Assembly: GCA_044345055.1 (NCBI GenBank)
Contig: JBIJBT010000088.1
Coordinates: 1 to 10,094 of the forward strand
DNA from: Bdellovibrionota bacterium
GTDB taxonomy: Bacteria; Bdellovibrionota_C; UBA2361; OMIW01
Length of the DNA: 10,094 nt
Direction: 5' to 3'
Shown here: positions 8,946-10,094 of the stretch, piece after piece
Position numbering within the stretch: position 1 is the first letter of the stretch
Layout of the letters: each line of letters starts with the position of its first letter
Notes under the pieces: generated by a model
Databases searched by the model: none
Seen by the model: only the letters and a program-made list of their open reading frames with translations
What the model was told of the DNA's origin: nothing
Position numbers and translations under genes: made by a program

Positions 8946-9659
8946 ATGGCAGATTCTACGATTCTCTCTCCTTTTATTAGCGATCCGAACATTCAAAAGT
9001 TCGTTACTGGCGGCGCGATCGGCGGAGGCTTACTTTTTTTAGGCTCTCTCGTTAAGGGGCAGCTCAAAACGCCCGAACGACAAGAGCATTTTGTGGTGCC
9101 CTCCTCGAAGGTGAGTCTTGTCGGAGTTTTAGATCTTGTTGTTGAGGGGCTGGTAAGTTTAAGTGATTCGGTTCTCGGTAAGCACGGGAGAAAGTTTATT
9201 CCCTTTACCGGTGCGGTGTTTCTCTTTATTTTCCTCTCGAATCTTCTTGGACTTATCCCTGCAATGCCGGCGGTTACAACTACCGTATGGGTTAATGTAG
9301 GAATCTCCCTCGCCGTGTTCCTTTACTTTAATTACTGCGGCATACGAGAGCAGGGTCTCATTTCATATCTGAAGCACTTTGCTGGGCCGGTGTGGTGGTT
9401 GGCGTGGTTCATATTACCGGTCGAAATAGTTAGTATAACTCTTCGTATTCTTACTCTGAATCTGCGCCTTTTCTGGAACATAACAGCAGATCACATGGTG
9501 CTTCACAGCCTCACAGGGCTGTTTAAGGTATTTGCCACTCCGGTTTTTCTGTTGGGTTCATTTGTTTGTTTCATGCAAGCCTTCATCTTCACGATTTTGA
9601 CGATGTTGTATCTCCTATTTGCAACGGAGCACGATCACGGAGATGAGGGAGCGCACTAG
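8946..9659 (+). CDS. atpB: F0F1 ATP synthase subunit a
   Basis: Hydrophobic protein with FIFLSNLLGLIP, PVEIVS, LNLRLFWNI (essential Arg, E. coli R210 equivalent) and MQAFIFTILT..Y. His-rich tail. ATG at 8946 with AGGTG/GGAG upstream is preferred over GTG at 8934. Confidence 0.95.
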   Translation: MADSTILSPFISDPNIQKFVTGGAIGGGLLFLGSLVKGQLKTPERQEHFVVPSSKVSLVGVLDLVVEGLVSLSDSVLGKHGRKFIPFTGAVFLFIFLSNLLGLIPAMPAVTTTVWVNVGISLAVFLYFNYCGIREQGLISYLKHFAGPVWWLAWFILPVEIVSITLRILTLNLRLFWNITADHMVLHSLTGLFKVFATPVFLLGSFVCFMQAFIFTILTMLYLLFATEHDHGDEGAH

Positions 9660-9676
9660 TATTTTTGCGGAGTTTT

Positions 9677-9706
9677 TGGACTATTCATCGCAAAGTAGGA
9701 TACCAT
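9677..9706 (+). promoter_or_regulatory. Possible internal promoter for atpE
   Basis: TGGACT (9677-9682)-N18-TACCAT (9701-9706) in the 178-bp atpB-atpE gap. Confidence 0.3.
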
Positions 9707-9837
9707 GCCGCGGTGGGCGCATCAGCGCGGGGAAGATTTGTTTAGTAGCGGGGGCTCTTAGTCTCGGGAGCGGGTTTCGTGTGCGAGAAAAGCCGTCGTT
9801 GTTTAGGATTAACACTCAGAATAAACGGAGAAAAGAG

Positions 9838-10094
9838 ATGAGTGCTCGTATACAAGGTATGATGGTTGCAGTAGCCCTCGCATTAGTGCCGACCATGGCG
9901 CAGGCTCAGTCGTTTGAGGGTTCGTCAGGGAATTCATTAATCGGTTTGGCTGCAGGCCTCGTGCTTGGAATTGCTGCTTTTGGCGGAACAACCGCGCAGG
10001 GCAAAGCAGTTTCCTCAAGCGTGGAGGCGATAGGTCGAAATCCGAGTGCGGCCAAGGGCCTTTTCGTTCCGATGATCCTGGGTCTTGTTTTTAT
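9838..10094 (+). CDS. atpE: F0F1 ATP synthase subunit c, 3'-truncated by the window edge (absent from ORF track)
   Basis: Manual translation: MSARIQGMMVAVALALVPTMAQAQSFEGSSGNSLIGLAAGLVLGIAAFGGTTAQGKAVSSSVEAIGRNPSAAKGLFVPMILGLVF. It has the RNP loop and hairpin helices, GGAG at 9827-9830 seven nt before the ATG, and follows atpB. Confidence 0.95.
   Translation, partial: MSARIQGMMVAVALALVPTMAQAQSFEGSSGNSLIGLAAGLVLGIAAFGGTTAQGKAVSSSVEAIGRNPSAAKGLFVPMILGLVF

Noticed and set aside
9705..9761. 18-aa uORF MPRWAHQRGEDLFSSGGS between atpB and atpE
   Set aside because: Short, SD spacing is only 4 nt, it overlaps the candidate -10, and there is no other support.
9809..10018. 69-aa minus-strand ORF
   Set aside because: Antisense to the clear atpE reading frame.

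Overview
Bacterial chromosomal origin region. The minus strand carries dnaA-[oriC]-dnaN-recF-gyrB. The dnaA-dnaN spacer is a well-resolved oriC with DnaA boxes, an exact IHF consensus site, five DnaA-trios and an AT-rich unwinding tract. It also carries a recurring non-canonical TTTT(A/T)CCGG motif. atpB and a 3'-truncated atpE (missing from the ORF track) are transcribed divergently from dnaA, in the position usually held by rpmH-rnpA-yidC. gyrB is not followed by gyrA. It converges on a 5'-truncated uncharacterised protein whose C-terminal domain looks like a divergent papain/NlpC-P60/CHAP-like Cys hydrolase. Most of the window is housekeeping. The best novelty candidates are that hydrolase-like domain, the variant oriC motif together with the DnaA 'DHSS' recognition helix, a beta clamp with an acidic tail and altered peptide pocket, and a gyrB promoter whose -35 lies in the loop of a perfect inverted repeat. 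The overall style suggests a deltaproteobacteria/Bdellovibrionota-like organism (inference only). No mobile element, CRISPR array or RNA gene was seen.
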